Shown here: one piece after another, positions 63,366-64,000 of the stretch
Layout: every line of letters begins with the position of its first letter
Position numbering within the stretch: the stretch's first letter is position 1
Origin: Octopus bimaculoides
Taxonomy: Eukaryota
Direction: 5' to 3'
Assembly: GCF_001194135.2 (NCBI RefSeq)
Contig: NC_068984.1
Span: forward strand, 9,516,516-9,580,515
Length of the DNA: 64,000 bases
The notes under the pieces: model-generated
What the model was told of the DNA's origin: nothing
The model's database searches: none
Seen by the model: the letters and a program-made list of their open reading frames with translations, nothing else
Made by a program: the position numbers and the translations under genes

Positions 63366-63658
63366 AAGGCGAGTGGCGTAGTGGCCAGTTCGATTCACGG
63401 CGATGCGTTTTTTGAGCAAGACACTTTACTCCACATTGCTTTAGTCCACTCAGTAGGCAAAAATAAGTGGTACCTGTAATTCAAAAGGGCCAGGGTTGTC
63501 ACACTTTTATGCCGCGCTGAATCTTCCTGAAGACTTTGTTACGGTCACGCCGTGTCTGTGGAATACTCCGCCACTTGCTCGTTAATTTCAGAAGCTGGCT
63601 GTTCCGTTGATCGGATCAAATGGAACACTGATCGTCGTAAACGACGGAGTACCAAGAG
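63366..63658 (+). mobile_element. SINE family C
   Basis: Head GGCGAGTGGCGTAGTGG, TTGAGCAAGACACTTT and the C 3' body. Confidence 0.78.
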
Positions 63659-63659
63659 C

Positions 63660-63911
63660 AACAAGCATAACCACCACCACTACCACAACCACTACCACCA
63701 CCACAACAGCGACAACTACCACTATCACCAAAACCACCAGCATCTTGATAACAGCCACCATTACGAAGACTACTACCACCACCACAACTACAACCCGAAC
63801 TACCATTTCCACCACCATTGCCGACAACACGACCATCACCACAACAATCACAAACATGAGCACTACCACCACTAACAACAATACCATCACCTCCACCTCC
63901 ATCACCACCAC

Positions 63912-63964
<53 letters not shown>

Positions 63965-63965
63965 C
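63660..63965. repeat. Degenerate (CAC/CAA/CAT)n trinucleotide array
   Basis: Directly visible. Confidence 0.9.
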
Positions 63966-64000
63966 TGTTGTTGTTGTGGTTATGGTTGCCGTTTGGTAAT

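Overview
Repeat-dominated eukaryotic scaffold segment with 16 N-gaps (about 8 kb) and very dense (TA)n/(CA)n/(GATA)n/(CAT)n microsatellites. The SINE repertoire and microsatellite load look like a coleoid cephalopod (octopus) genome; this is inferred from recalled repeat families, not from a search. I find no host protein-coding exon, rRNA, true tRNA gene or CRISPR array. Every recognisable protein-like ORF is a decayed retrotransposon fragment: two CR1/L2-group LINE 3' ends, two HERO-type and two R4/Dong-type RLE-LINE fragments, and Penelope-like elements (PLEs) of three types. There are about 35 copies of three tRNA-headed SINE families (called A, B, C here), mariner- and Tigger-type MITEs and a probable solo LTR. 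Main observations: (1) a Poseidon-type PLE insertion (41081-42807) that splits a SINE and ends in a tRNA-like Pol III cassette, an (AAT)n spacer and a minimal hammerhead ribozyme motif, with a cleaner solo hammerhead copy at 50837-50882; (2) a second hammerhead-like family with a non-canonical CUGUNGA core; (3) a 3' tail with a covarying stem-loop shared by SINE A and the CR1-group LINE; (4) a perfect 129-bp-arm inverted repeat at 46648-46948.
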